DNA of 64,000 bases from an uncultured Bacteroidales bacterium. Its GTDB lineage: Bacteria; Bacteroidota; Bacteroidia; Bacteroidales; UBA3824. The translations under genes and the position numbers were made by a program. Below the pieces are notes generated by a model. That model saw only the letters and a list, made by a program, of their open reading frames with translations. It searched no databases and was not told the origin of the DNA. The stretch lies in NCBI GenBank assembly GCA_937877455.1, contig CALFIU010000189.1, forward strand, positions 28,852-92,851, given 5' to 3'. Positions 8,631-18,635 of this stretch are shown here, one piece after another (position 1 is the first letter of the stretch; every line of letters begins with the position of its first letter).

Positions 8631-8809
8631 TTACCATCATCCTCCGCACGCTTTTGAAAATCTAATAATTCAGTTGCCTTTGCCGTATCCACAATAGAAA
8701 GACCTTCTTTCTTTAATGTTTCAACAATGTTTTCGCAATCTTTAGAAAACCATTTTGTTCTTTTATATAAATCATTTTTGTTAAAAATCTTCATATTTTT
8801 AAATCCCAT
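8627..8809 (-). CDS. Hypothetical protein
   Basis: First ORF downstream of the 8.8-9.07 kb regulatory region. Confidence 0.4.
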   Translation of the reverse strand: MGFKNMKIFNKNDLYKRTKWFSKDCENIVETLKKEGLSIVDTAKATELLDFQKRAEDDGK

Positions 8810-8828
8810 TATTTATGGCAAATGCACA

Positions 8829-8873
8829 CACCATCTATAAATAGACAATGGATTTCTCACCAACTATAAATAG
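8829..8873. repeat. Two direct repeats CACCAnCTATAAATAG spaced 29 bp (candidate operator pair)
   Basis: Copies at 8829-8844 and 8858-8873, in the leader of the leftward operon. Confidence 0.6.
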
Positions 8874-8942
8874 CCAACGTGCATTCACCAGATGTTTATA
8901 TTACTTTACCCATTATAGAATATGTGAATATTATATTTATAA

Positions 8943-9064
8943 CAAGGGCAACTATATGTTGTATTATCAGTTCATGTATTATTTTGTAACGCTTATTATA
9001 TATTTGTTTTAAATTGCATTGTCAATAGCTACACTTAATCTATTCAAAAATATAGTTGCCCTTG
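8943..9064. repeat. Perfect 15-bp inverted repeat (CAAGGGCAACTATAT) enclosing a 92-bp promoter-bearing spacer
   Basis: 8943-8957 is the exact reverse complement of 9050-9064. Confidence 0.85.
8997..9025 (-). promoter_or_regulatory. Sigma-A type promoter TTGACA-N17-TATATA(AT)
   Basis: The minus strand reads TTGACAATGCAATTTAAAACAAATATATAAT. Confidence 0.6.
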
Positions 9065-9069
9065 GAATT

Positions 9070-9450
9070 TTATATTGCGATTGCTTTTTCTGCCTGTTCT
9101 TTATTAAAGAAAACACGCTCTCTTAATCCTTTTTCGCTCGCTAAAACTAAATCTGGAGTTGGCGTATTAAAACGATTTGCGTTCAAATTTCGGCTGAAAC
9201 AATATGATTTTCTTGTCTTGATTGTTATTTTATAAAGGCGCATTTCTTCTATATATGGAAGATATTTATCGCCGTTATGATACATGACTACGAAATAATT
9301 GTTACCAACAATAATTAAATCATCTATTCCTTCTTGAACAATATCTATTGCTTCTAATATTCCCGCAATATAACCTTCTTTCCATTCTTTAGTTTTTCCG
9401 AGAGGATTGATTAGTAGTTTTCTGTTAAGTTTATCTATAGCTTCTCTCAT
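9070..9450 (-). CDS. Hypothetical protein
   Basis: Co-oriented ORF, 4-nt overlap with dut. Confidence 0.45.
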   Translation of the reverse strand: MREAIDKLNRKLLINPLGKTKEWKEGYIAGILEAIDIVQEGIDDLIIVGNNYFVVMYHNGDKYLPYIEEMRLYKITIKTRKSYCFSRNLNANRFNTPTPDLVLASEKGLRERVFFNKEQAEKAIAI

Positions 9451-10016
9451 TTAGTTGTACTTCCAAATCCACCGTTTCTTATTCCTTCTGCTTTATCATC
9501 TATTGTGATACCATACTGTACAAAAATCCCTTGCATATAGCCATCACCAGATTTAATGTCTATCGTCTTTTCTTCCGTTCCATCATTCGTCAGCTTCGCC
9601 ATGATATGTCCTTCATTATCGCTGTTATAATAATCGCTGTCGATGATGCCAACAGTATTATCTAACTGCATACGATATTTAAATCCAAGACCAGATCGAG
9701 GATAACACTGAAGCACCCATCCATCATCAATCTTTACACGAATGCCTGTAGGCATTTTAATTGTTTTTCCGGGTTCAAGATGAATTTTAAACGACGCATA
9801 AAAATCGTATCCTGCGCTGCCAATAGTGGCTCTTTCAGGTATTTTGATATTGTCGTAAATCTCTCTAATTTTTGTTTCTACAACAGAACCGTCTGGATCG
9901 TTGAAACTAAAAGGAAGTTCATCTATATAGACAAGAAACCAACTGCCTAATGTATTCATAAAATCTTTTTTGAATTGCTCAAATGATACCTTTTCAAATT
10001 TCGCTATCTTTTGCAT
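9447..10016 (-). CDS. dut: dUTP diphosphatase (trimeric dUTPase) with N-terminal extension
   Basis: Motifs GSAGYDF, PRSGLG, IDSDY and GGFGSTTK. Confidence 0.9.
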   Translation of the reverse strand: MQKIAKFEKVSFEQFKKDFMNTLGSWFLVYIDELPFSFNDPDGSVVETKIREIYDNIKIPERATIGSAGYDFYASFKIHLEPGKTIKMPTGIRVKIDDGWVLQCYPRSGLGFKYRMQLDNTVGIIDSDYYNSDNEGHIMAKLTNDGTEEKTIDIKSGDGYMQGIFVQYGITIDDKAEGIRNGGFGSTTK

Positions 10017-10554
10017 ATAAAACTATCTGCTCCTTTTCTAAAGATTTCTTTGCGTCAATAACCTTCTGATTTGAACTTCCTCTAAGAGGAAGAGTAATAT
10101 TACGAAGTTCCTTGACAAACTTGCCATCAATAAGAATATCTGTGTTACTAATTATCTTGTATAATTTATCACAATCGGTAACGCTGAGAACGTTGTTTTC
10201 GGCATTCACAGAATACATTAAATCTTCCCATGAATAGCCAGTCCAGATAAAAATCTTGATATTTGGATACTTCTCTTTTACTTTCATAATTAAACCAAAA
10301 GTAAATGCAAGATTTTGATTGCATAACGGTTCGCCACCAAGAATAGATAAATTTCTTTGAATACCATTTTTATGTATCATATCTATAATGTGGTTTACAA
10401 CTTCCTGATCGTCACCGTCTATACCGCCTTTGTAGTCCCATGTGTTTGGATTATGGCATCCGGGGCATCTGTGAGGACACCCCTGACTCCAAAAGCTAAC
10501 ACATACTCCCTGACCATTTACAACATCATTGTTGATTATTCCTGCATATTTCAT
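9994..10554 (-). CDS. nrdG: Anaerobic ribonucleotide reductase activating protein (radical SAM)
   Basis: GCPHRCPGCHN cluster. Lies immediately downstream of nrdD. Confidence 0.9.
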   Translation of the reverse strand: MKYAGIINNDVVNGQGVCVSFWSQGCPHRCPGCHNPNTWDYKGGIDGDDQEVVNHIIDMIHKNGIQRNLSILGGEPLCNQNLAFTFGLIMKVKEKYPNIKIFIWTGYSWEDLMYSVNAENNVLSVTDCDKLYKIISNTDILIDGKFVKELRNITLPLRGSSNQKVIDAKKSLEKEQIVLYAKDSEI

Positions 10555-12788
10555 TGATGCTTCACCCTCATCTCGACTTCCTGTTGTTTACCTTTATTAA
10601 ATGCGGTAGTGTAATTACCTGTTAAATATCCAGTCACACGGCGCAAACGCTGAATGTTATCACTTCCACATACAGGGCAAACATCATTGAATTCACCAGT
10701 AAAGCCACAATCCATACAAGTATCATTCGGAACATTAACGGCAAAATATGGTATATCTTTGTCCATTGCATAATTGACGATTTGTTCAAGTGCGTCAATG
10801 TTATGCTTTACGCCGCCTTCAAGCTCAACATAAGTGATGCATCCTGCACTACTATATCCTGTAAGTTGTGACTCAATATCAATCTTATCAAAAGGTGAAA
10901 TTTCTTCCCAAACAGGAACATGCATACTATTCGTAAAGAAATCTCTGTCAGAAACATTAGGAATAATACCAAACCGATCCTTGAATTTCTGCATAGCTGT
11001 ATAGCAAAGATTTTCAGCTGGCGTATAATAGACACCAAAGTTTAACTTATATTCCTGTTTAAATTCTGCGCATCTTTTCTTAAACAGTCCCTCGATTTTC
11101 TTTGCAAGCTCCATTCCTTTTTCTGTAGTATGATTGCAACCTATAAGAATTTGAAGCGCTTCTGCAAGTCCAAGCTGACCAATTACTATAGTTCCATGTT
11201 TTAATGCAGATGAAATATCTTTACCATCGTATCCAGCCATCACATTGTTTTCATACATGAATTTTGCCGAGTCTGCCGATTGCGAACAAATGAATTCAAA
11301 CCGTTCAAGAAGCATATCTTTTGCTTCGTGAATCTTTTCATCCAACAAATCCATAAAAGCATCAAGTAAAACTTCTTCTCCGTTTTCACCGTCAATCAAA
11401 TGATGACTTTCGCCATACTTTCTGCACATCATAGCAAGAGTAGGAAGTATAATAGTAACAGGACAAATATTTCCTCTGCCATCTTTCAACTGACCAAAAC
11501 CATTTACATCCCATCCATTCGCTGTCCGACATCCCATTGTCGAGAAGTATGTGCGCGGATCGTTAATGTCGTATCCTTCATTACCAGACCAATCCACATT
11601 AGCATAATTTGGATAGAGCCTTGTTGCCGTTGACTGTAATGCTAATCTAAATAAGTCATAATTTGGTTCGCCCTTCTTTCTGTTTACGCCTTTCATACAT
11701 TGGAAAATACCGCAAGGGAAAATAGGAGTCTTATGCAACTTCCCGATACCTTTTATAGATACATCAAGTACAGCTTTTGTAACCATTCTTCCTTCTGGTG
11801 TTGTACAAGTACCATAGTTAATTGATGTAAAAGGAAGTTGATTCCCGGATCGTGACTGCAATGTGTTAAGATTATGGTACATTCCTTCGACTGCCTGATA
11901 TACTTCTTTCACAGTCATATCAAACGCATATTTATATGCTTTTGGAAAACAATCTTTATACCAATCATCTTCTATAGATAACTCTTCTGGTTTGCAATCA
12001 ATATGTAATTCTTCTGTAGCGCCCTCAATATACTTTGCGCCATCTTTGTAATGTTTCCAAAAACTTTTCCTGATATATGGCATCATTGTCCAGTCAAGAT
12101 GCGTTGCACTTACGCCGCCGAATTGCTGAAGGCTTTGAAGCTGAAACAAAACAGCAAGAAGCTGAAACGCCGTATTAACTGATTGCGCTGGTCTAACATC
12201 TGTTTGTCTCGTATTGAAACCATTTGCAAGTAAATCATCAAAAGGAATTGACATGCAGTTATGATCTCCGACAGGATAATGGTCTAAATCATGAACATAA
12301 ATCATATTCTCTTTGTGGTTTTTAACTGCCATTTCGGACATGCAATAATTCATTGCATAATCCTTCATTACCTCGCTTGTTGCAGCTCCAATTCTTCCAC
12401 CAAAAGATTTCTCGTCAACATTTGCGTTCTGGTTTTGCACATTGGATGCTTCAAGTTTTTCAGATATGCTTTTTATTAATTTTGCGTTTCTTTCTCTTAC
12501 CTTTGTTCTTTCATTACGGTATAAGATATATAGTTTTGCAACATCTTTTCGTTTGCTGTTCATCAACTTTTTCTCAACAATATCCTGAATTTCTTCTACA
12601 TTCATCTCGGACTTATTGAGATTTGATATTTCTTCTACAATGCGATTTATGCACTCATAGTCATTCTGCTTTAAATTTCCTGTTTCATTAAATGCTTTCA
12701 AGATAGCGTTATATATTTTGTTGCTGTCAAATTCCACGATGCGCCCATCGCGTTTAATAATTTTATCAATCAAATTGCCAACCTCCAC
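10551..12788 (-). CDS. nrdD: Anaerobic ribonucleoside-triphosphate reductase
   Basis: N-terminal ATP-cone, C-terminal Zn ribbon CMDCG...CPVCG, and glycyl-radical motif RRVTGYL. Confidence 0.95.
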   Translation of the reverse strand: MEVGNLIDKIIKRDGRIVEFDSNKIYNAILKAFNETGNLKQNDYECINRIVEEISNLNKSEMNVEEIQDIVEKKLMNSKRKDVAKLYILYRNERTKVRERNAKLIKSISEKLEASNVQNQNANVDEKSFGGRIGAATSEVMKDYAMNYCMSEMAVKNHKENMIYVHDLDHYPVGDHNCMSIPFDDLLANGFNTRQTDVRPAQSVNTAFQLLAVLFQLQSLQQFGGVSATHLDWTMMPYIRKSFWKHYKDGAKYIEGATEELHIDCKPEELSIEDDWYKDCFPKAYKYAFDMTVKEVYQAVEGMYHNLNTLQSRSGNQLPFTSINYGTCTTPEGRMVTKAVLDVSIKGIGKLHKTPIFPCGIFQCMKGVNRKKGEPNYDLFRLALQSTATRLYPNYANVDWSGNEGYDINDPRTYFSTMGCRTANGWDVNGFGQLKDGRGNICPVTIILPTLAMMCRKYGESHHLIDGENGEEVLLDAFMDLLDEKIHEAKDMLLERFEFICSQSADSAKFMYENNVMAGYDGKDISSALKHGTIVIGQLGLAEALQILIGCNHTTEKGMELAKKIEGLFKKRCAEFKQEYKLNFGVYYTPAENLCYTAMQKFKDRFGIIPNVSDRDFFTNSMHVPVWEEISPFDKIDIESQLTGYSSAGCITYVELEGGVKHNIDALEQIVNYAMDKDIPYFAVNVPNDTCMDCGFTGEFNDVCPVCGSDNIQRLRRVTGYLTGNYTTAFNKGKQQEVEMRVKHQ

Positions 12789-13231
12789 TATATAAGTAGA
12801 TATTCAATTATATATTGTGAAGCATCAGAATAATTATCTTCTATTCTGTTGCAAGTTTCTTTAATCCAAGGATGAAGATTATTTTCTTCCCCAATACCAA
12901 CGACATATATGTATTTATCGCCAAAACGATTTATACCTTGAACAGCACCAAGTTCCATATGCGATCCAATAGTTGAATCAATACCTTTAAGATTAACAAC
13001 AACGATGTCGCAGTCATGCAGTTGCATCATTTCCCAATCAAGGATTTCGCGCTCCGTCTTATGCATCATGTGTTCATAATTAAAGTAAAGTGGGGGATGA
13101 ATGAATTTAATTTTGTCAGAACCATCGTATTTATCTCGAACAAATGTTTCTAATGTTTTTCTCCATTGCATCTGCTGTTCGAATGGTATCCCGCTCATTT
13201 TGCCACAAGTATAAATTTTGTATTCCTTCAT
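12788..13231 (-). CDS. Nucleoside 2-deoxyribosyltransferase-like protein
   Basis: The pattern KIYTCGKMSG ... DIVVVNL ... STIGSHMELG resembles the NDT-like fold family (recalled). Confidence 0.5.
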   Translation of the reverse strand: MKEYKIYTCGKMSGIPFEQQMQWRKTLETFVRDKYDGSDKIKFIHPPLYFNYEHMMHKTEREILDWEMMQLHDCDIVVVNLKGIDSTIGSHMELGAVQGINRFGDKYIYVVGIGEENNLHPWIKETCNRIEDNYSDASQYIIEYLLI

Positions 13232-13755
13232 GAATTCATTTCCTCGATAATCGCGTCTGCAATTACTTCAACACCGCACAGATATTTATCATTTTTAACA
13301 ACCAAATCTACTTCGTCAGAAATCCCATCAAACTGTCCAACATCACTTAGGCTTCTTCGATATGCTTCTTCTATGTTGTCGCCTCGTTCTAAACACTTGA
13401 TAAGCCTATCTCTCCTCGGAACATCAATATAAACAGCGAAGATATTGTCAATTCCAGATCTTTTAATAGACCTTAATCCTCTTGGCGTAAGGACGATAAC
13501 ACAATCATCTTTATAATCTTCTTTTGCACTTCCATAGCTCCATCCATTATATGTTGCTGTTTCAGCGAAGAAACCTTGATCTTCGAGTGTTTTAAAATGT
13601 TGCTGATTTATATAGAAATAATCAACGCCATCCTGCTCTCCTTCTCTTGGTTGTCTTGTGGTATAAGTCACAATTCGTTTATATCCGTAATGCTCCATTA
13701 GATATTTTGCAACAGAGCTTTTACCGCAAGCACTCTCACCAACGATTACAATCAT
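13228..13755 (-). CDS. Guanylate kinase-like nucleoside monophosphate kinase
   Basis: P-loop GESACGKSS and TTRQPREGEQDGVDYFY, typical of Gmk. Confidence 0.75.
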   Translation of the reverse strand: MIVIVGESACGKSSVAKYLMEHYGYKRIVTYTTRQPREGEQDGVDYFYINQQHFKTLEDQGFFAETATYNGWSYGSAKEDYKDDCVIVLTPRGLRSIKRSGIDNIFAVYIDVPRRDRLIKCLERGDNIEEAYRRSLSDVGQFDGISDEVDLVVKNDKYLCGVEVIADAIIEEMNS

Positions 13756-13767
13756 TCTTATCTCCTA

Positions 13768-14163
13768 TCAAATTTCTAAAATCCCATCGTCTATCATTTT
13801 ATTAAGCCATCGAATAGTATTGACTTGAATATTCATGTCGTATTTGTTTTCAATGTCACAAGCTTTATAGAATTCATTGAAACGATAGTGACACATTCCA
13901 CCATATGATGTGAAGTGACAATCTATCTTGTTATTGGCTTCATTAAATCCAATCCAGAATTCATCTTCGTCATCATAATCGCCGTTAAGATTACTTCCTT
14001 CAAGGTGACACCACCAATTACCAGACAGCATTGCATCGTTATGCCATGTTCTCTTCTTTAATCTTTCCCAATCAAGTATTTTTAATTTCTTGATATTCTT
14101 TGGCGTTAGATTGTATTTATTCGGGTACTTTTTTATTAAATCAAAATCAATATATTTGTTCAT
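13768..14163 (-). CDS. Hypothetical protein
   Basis: Co-oriented ORF, 4-nt overlap with the upstream gene. Confidence 0.45.
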   Translation of the reverse strand: MNKYIDFDLIKKYPNKYNLTPKNIKKLKILDWERLKKRTWHNDAMLSGNWWCHLEGSNLNGDYDDEDEFWIGFNEANNKIDCHFTSYGGMCHYRFNEFYKACDIENKYDMNIQVNTIRWLNKMIDDGILEI

Positions 14164-14951
14164 TTTTTTACAACCGATTGTATTAGTTCCCTAACTTTTA
14201 CTTTCGATGGATATATGCCACACGACATCCTTCCTTCTGGACACCACATCAGATGGACGCAATGGGGAACAAGTTCATTTGCAAAATCTTCATTTATTTC
14301 TTTCACGGCTTGTTTCATTGCGATTGCAAGTTTCTGAATTTCTGGCTGCGCACGATTGCATAGCCTCTTATGCATAAACCGTATCAATGCCTCTGGCGTA
14401 AAACCAATTGTCAATGTTGAATTTGTTGCCCTTGGCAAAACAAAATTAATACATTCATTAACACGTTTAGTATCAACATCATTATTGTCAAGAATATCTT
14501 TTAATTCACTTCTTGCCGTATTTATAGAACACATTAACGTGTCGTAAATAAGTTTGGCTCTTTGGTTATTTTCAATCTCTTTTGGGGTTGTATATGTGAA
14601 ACCATCTTTATCAATGTAGCGAAAACTCCCCATGTTCTTAACGATTTGGTCAGGGCTTACATCAATAACCTTCTCTGAATATTCATCAAACGTATAATTA
14701 TCCATGTCCTCGAACGGAAATGAAACTCCGATTTCATGTCTCATACACTGTTCTGCTGTACCGCGATCAACATCTGTAATTCTAAACTTGATGTATTCAC
14801 ATCTACTTCCGCTCATGTGTCCACTTTTTTCACATGACTTTCCTACTCTTTCTGCATACTTTTCAGGCGTGTCATAACATGTACATGCAAATACACCATG
14901 ATTTTTGTACAGATTTTTTAATTCTTCTGGATTGATAATCTCGACTTTCAT
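14160..14951 (-). CDS. thyX: ThyX-like flavin-dependent thymidylate synthase
   Basis: Size and the R..CNRAQPEIQ motif fit ThyX. The RHR motif is divergent (MRHE). RBS is GGAGAG. Confidence 0.65.
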   Translation of the reverse strand: MKVEIINPEELKNLYKNHGVFACTCYDTPEKYAERVGKSCEKSGHMSGSRCEYIKFRITDVDRGTAEQCMRHEIGVSFPFEDMDNYTFDEYSEKVIDVSPDQIVKNMGSFRYIDKDGFTYTTPKEIENNQRAKLIYDTLMCSINTARSELKDILDNNDVDTKRVNECINFVLPRATNSTLTIGFTPEALIRFMHKRLCNRAQPEIQKLAIAMKQAVKEINEDFANELVPHCVHLMWCPEGRMSCGIYPSKVKVRELIQSVVKK

Positions 14952-15025
14952 TCACTCTCCGAATTATCTTGCATTATTTATCTGTCAATATTGATGTGAT
15001 AGCCTTCTCGAACTACCACACCAAT

Positions 15026-15054
15026 ATAGTACCATATATAATCCGCATTGTCAA
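15026..15054 (-). promoter_or_regulatory. Sigma-A type promoter TTGACA-N17-TACTAT (TG-extended)
   Basis: The minus strand reads TTGACAATGCGGATTATATATGGTACTAT, preceded by GCAAAATAATAA. Confidence 0.55.
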
Positions 15055-15305
15055 TTATTATTTTGCAATGCTTTTAAATTTGTGAGCATCCATACCAACG
15101 GCTGAACGGATTCGCTAATAGAATATTCTTTGCCTCTTAATTCAATGGCAAATCCACCATCGCCAAATACATTATCAGATGTGAAAGAGCCAATAAATCT
15201 TGTTGTTCCTAATAATAATGTCAATGCACATTCAGCGCTTTCCGCTTCAGATATATATATAAACACTTCATGTTCACTGAACTTAATGACAATGTACTTT
15301 TTCAT
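15051..15305 (-). CDS. Hypothetical protein
   Basis: Co-oriented ORF. Confidence 0.4.
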   Translation of the reverse strand: MKKYIVIKFSEHEVFIYISEAESAECALTLLLGTTRFIGSFTSDNVFGDGGFAIELRGKEYSISESVQPLVWMLTNLKALQNNN

Positions 15306-15306
15306 C

Positions 15307-15516
15307 TTATCCCCTTGTGTACCTTACTTTACTGCCATCATCAAATTCGACTATCACATTGTCAGGTATGCCATCTTTTGCCGATGTATAAGGTCTGTAT
15401 TTCGCCGAAATCGTCTTGATAATTTTTCTATGTGCATGTTCACATTCTTTTGCTTTCTTTTCATCGTTAAACGAAGTACCGCATACCTCACATTGATATA
15501 ATTTTAATTCTTTCAT
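15307..15516 (-). CDS. Small zinc-ribbon protein
   Basis: CEVCG ... CEHAH metal-binding pattern, 69 aa. Confidence 0.45.
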   Translation of the reverse strand: MKELKLYQCEVCGTSFNDEKKAKECEHAHRKIIKTISAKYRPYTSAKDGIPDNVIVEFDDGSKVRYTRG

Positions 15517-18500
15517 ATGTTGTTAATCCTTTTATATGATGTGATCCAGAGTTCGCTTGTGCCTTCAACTGGAACGAATTCGCCATCTTCATTCCTTTTC
15601 ATCTTTGGTTTATTACGACATCCCGAAATCATAACAATGTCGCCCTCTTTGAGTTTATTCTTATTGAATGTTTTCCTGTCGATTTTGCAATCAAGTGTAT
15701 TGCCATGTTTTAAAGAATACATTTTTAACTTCGGAGCATATTTGGTGTCAAGTGATACCACGCAAGCCATACCACTATATCTATCGTCAATGATATCGAC
15801 ATATCCAAGATGGTCTATCTGCGCTTGAACTTTATCTTTTAATGTTCTCTTCGGACAATGAATTTCGTTTGCAACCAACTGTAATAGTTTTCTGCTATTT
15901 AGTTTTGTGAACATCTTTAGTGATTCTTTTTCTGCACAGCTTCTAATTAAATCCATATTAAATCCTTCTCTTTCGAGAATATCTTTTTTAATTTGAAGTC
16001 TGCCATTAAAATAATCAAAGTATTCATATAGTTTCATCAAGTAATTGGCATCACCAAATTCATTGAAGAAATCAAGCTCAATAAGGATTTTTAATTGTCT
16101 CGAATTCAAAGTTGTCTTGTTAGTCAAATCGTAAAGCAAATCAATAAATGAATTATATTTATTATTTCTAAGTTCATACATTTCATCTGCTACTTGCGTA
16201 TTCATATATTTGATAGAAGATATACCTTTGAATATTTCATTGGTTTCTTTTGAAATGCTATATTTCGCCGAAGAATGCCTAAACTTAATTGGCTTTAATG
16301 CAATTTTGAAAAACTTTAATTCATTGGTTAATTTTAGTGTTCTTTCATTATCGTCTGCGTAATAGTTAAGGACAGTTGTATAATACTCAAGCGGATAATG
16401 CGATTTCAAATACGCACCATATAAACTATCATATGCATAAGATAGCGAATGCGATGCATTGAAAGAATATCGTGCAGCCTGTTCAACAACAGTCCACGTT
16501 TCAATAAATCCGTCCTCTGTGCCTACACGTTTCATCCACCCATGTAATAGTCTATCTTTCAGGTCTGCAAGTTCCTTTTCTTTAAATTTCTTTTTAGCTA
16601 TCTTCTTAATGATATCGTATGATCCTGTTTCCTCTATACCAAGCCAAATCAAATATTTCATAATTAGTTCCTGATAAATCATTCTGTGTTTCCCTTCGAC
16701 AAGAATGTTATCAAGCTCCTCAATGCCTGTAGTGTATGGCTTTCTGTCTATGAAATCATCAAGCAAGCTTGCGCATCCGGGGCGAATAATGGCTACAAAT
16801 GCAGACATTTCAGATACGCTTTGCGGTTTATATTTTTTCACAAGCCCTGTCGCAAAATCACTATCAGCCTGATTGATTGTACATGTTAATCCGTTCGCAT
16901 AGATATCGAATGTTTTGTCATCAAGAAGTTTATCAATCTCTCGGATAGTAGGAATTGGTATCCCAGCAAGCTCACAGGTATCTTTTATTATCGCCCATAC
17001 AGTGACTGATAAATAATCGTTCTTTAAATATTTATATTTATCACAGTTGTATCCATCTAAAAGACAGCATATTTTTTCTTTCGTATGTATGAGTCCAAGT
17101 TCTTTTCGAATTGGTTTGTTATATAACAACATGCTACATGGACTCTCGGATATGCTTTCAACAACGCCGACAAATCTTTGACTTTCCTCGATGAGTTTCT
17201 TCCATTTTGGATTATCACGATAACTATCTAAGTCTTTGGCTACATCGTCATATTCCGATATATTCTTGCCAATACCTTTACAATAAACCCTGAACGCAGA
17301 TGAGTCTTGTAATGGTTTCCAAGCTATCATCCATGCGCAGTTTTCAGCGCCAAGCAAATCTTCTGTGGCTTTGATAAATGGCGTTCTATCGGCGGTATTA
17401 AGATCAATGTCTGGAAGGCTGCGCGTACCAAGTATTCTTTCAACAGACATAAATCTTGTCGGAAATAATGTTATTGGAGCATCAACACGATCTATATCTG
17501 TTAATCCAAGCATCTTTGTAATATAGAAACTCGGCGCTGAACCTCTTCCAGTGTTGGTTAATTTGCCACCATACTTCTCTTGACCATCTTTTACCACGTT
17601 ATAGTCAATTAAGAAATAGTTTGCCATGTTGGTTTTCTCTACGATGTCAACCTCATATCGGATTGCATCGAGATATTTACCCCATTCATGTTTTGGAATA
17701 TTTCTTCTTTCCTCTAACCATTTATTATTGATTATGTCCTTTAAATCCTTTATCGGATTTTGTGATACAGATGGAAGTTTAATGTCATCATTTATAATTG
17801 TAATTTCAGAGCAATCGTCAAATACAAGAGTGTTGTATAGTAGTTCTTCTGCTTGCTTTCTGTTGAATATTCCTTGCTTTACATATCGGTTGATTATTGT
17901 TTTATCATCAGGATAATCCAATATCATCCCATCTTCTTCTGGATATTTTCTATCTTTTCCTTTAAGAAAAATATCTCTATATTTTGCATCATCTGGAAGA
18001 ATGTAATGGCTGTCATTAGCATGAATCATGGCAATTCCCGATGCCTTGCTGAACTCATACATTGCAGTATTTACTTGTTTTTGAAAATCCGTATTATGTG
18101 CTTGCATTTCAAGAAAGAAATGTTTTCCAAAATGCCGATTTAATGCAAGAAGAAGCTCTCTGTCCTGCCAAATTCCTGCAACACAAGCTGAAGTTACTAT
18201 GAAATTATTTGGATTAAGCGAAAATAACAGTTCATCGTCTATCCTTGGGCGATAATAAAAACCAGTATCATGAGCTTCAGACATGATATCATTCAGTTGC
18301 ATTACACCGTCATTATTCAGCGCAATAATGATGATATGTCTATTACTTCTATCCCTTCCATATACAGGATTGCCATCTTTATCTTCACCAGTTTGAATTT
18401 TAGCTATACGGTCATGAACATAATATGCTTCTGTACCATAAATCATTTTCAAGCCGTATCGTTTTGAGCAGTCAAGCCAAGTGAATATATCACCTTGCAC

Positions 18501-18635
18501 ACCATGATTTGTTGTAAAGACAGTTGTATGCCCCAATTCAACGGCTCTTTTGCAATAATCTTCTTCTTTGACTACTACATCAAGACTCCACGGATTCCCT
18601 TTATGGTCATGTTTGTGATAGTTATTATATCTCAT
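15513..18635 (-). CDS. dnaE: DNA polymerase III alpha subunit (DnaE-type, PHP domain)
   Basis: 1040 aa with an N-terminal PHP motif (HKHDHKG...TNHG). Overall C-family polymerase architecture with a C-terminal OB-like region. Confidence 0.9.
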   Translation of the reverse strand: MRYNNYHKHDHKGNPWSLDVVVKEEDYCKRAVELGHTTVFTTNHGVQGDIFTWLDCSKRYGLKMIYGTEAYYVHDRIAKIQTGEDKDGNPVYGRDRSNRHIIIIALNNDGVMQLNDIMSEAHDTGFYYRPRIDDELLFSLNPNNFIVTSACVAGIWQDRELLLALNRHFGKHFFLEMQAHNTDFQKQVNTAMYEFSKASGIAMIHANDSHYILPDDAKYRDIFLKGKDRKYPEEDGMILDYPDDKTIINRYVKQGIFNRKQAEELLYNTLVFDDCSEITIINDDIKLPSVSQNPIKDLKDIINNKWLEERRNIPKHEWGKYLDAIRYEVDIVEKTNMANYFLIDYNVVKDGQEKYGGKLTNTGRGSAPSFYITKMLGLTDIDRVDAPITLFPTRFMSVERILGTRSLPDIDLNTADRTPFIKATEDLLGAENCAWMIAWKPLQDSSAFRVYCKGIGKNISEYDDVAKDLDSYRDNPKWKKLIEESQRFVGVVESISESPCSMLLYNKPIRKELGLIHTKEKICCLLDGYNCDKYKYLKNDYLSVTVWAIIKDTCELAGIPIPTIREIDKLLDDKTFDIYANGLTCTINQADSDFATGLVKKYKPQSVSEMSAFVAIIRPGCASLLDDFIDRKPYTTGIEELDNILVEGKHRMIYQELIMKYLIWLGIEETGSYDIIKKIAKKKFKEKELADLKDRLLHGWMKRVGTEDGFIETWTVVEQAARYSFNASHSLSYAYDSLYGAYLKSHYPLEYYTTVLNYYADDNERTLKLTNELKFFKIALKPIKFRHSSAKYSISKETNEIFKGISSIKYMNTQVADEMYELRNNKYNSFIDLLYDLTNKTTLNSRQLKILIELDFFNEFGDANYLMKLYEYFDYFNGRLQIKKDILEREGFNMDLIRSCAEKESLKMFTKLNSRKLLQLVANEIHCPKRTLKDKVQAQIDHLGYVDIIDDRYSGMACVVSLDTKYAPKLKMYSLKHGNTLDCKIDRKTFNKNKLKEGDIVMISGCRNKPKMKRNEDGEFVPVEGTSELWITSYKRINNI

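Noticed and set aside
14981-14995. TTGACA just upstream of the thyX-proximal motif as the -35 of a promoter using GATAAT
   Set aside because: The spacer would be only 14 nt. A properly spaced TTGACA-N17-TACTAT promoter exists about 45 nt further upstream (15026-15054).
10808-18467. Numerous 60-120 aa ORFs antisense to or nested in nrdD, dnaE and other long genes
   Set aside because: They are shadow ORFs of AT-rich coding DNA. They lack RBSs and are fully contained in genes with strong motif support.
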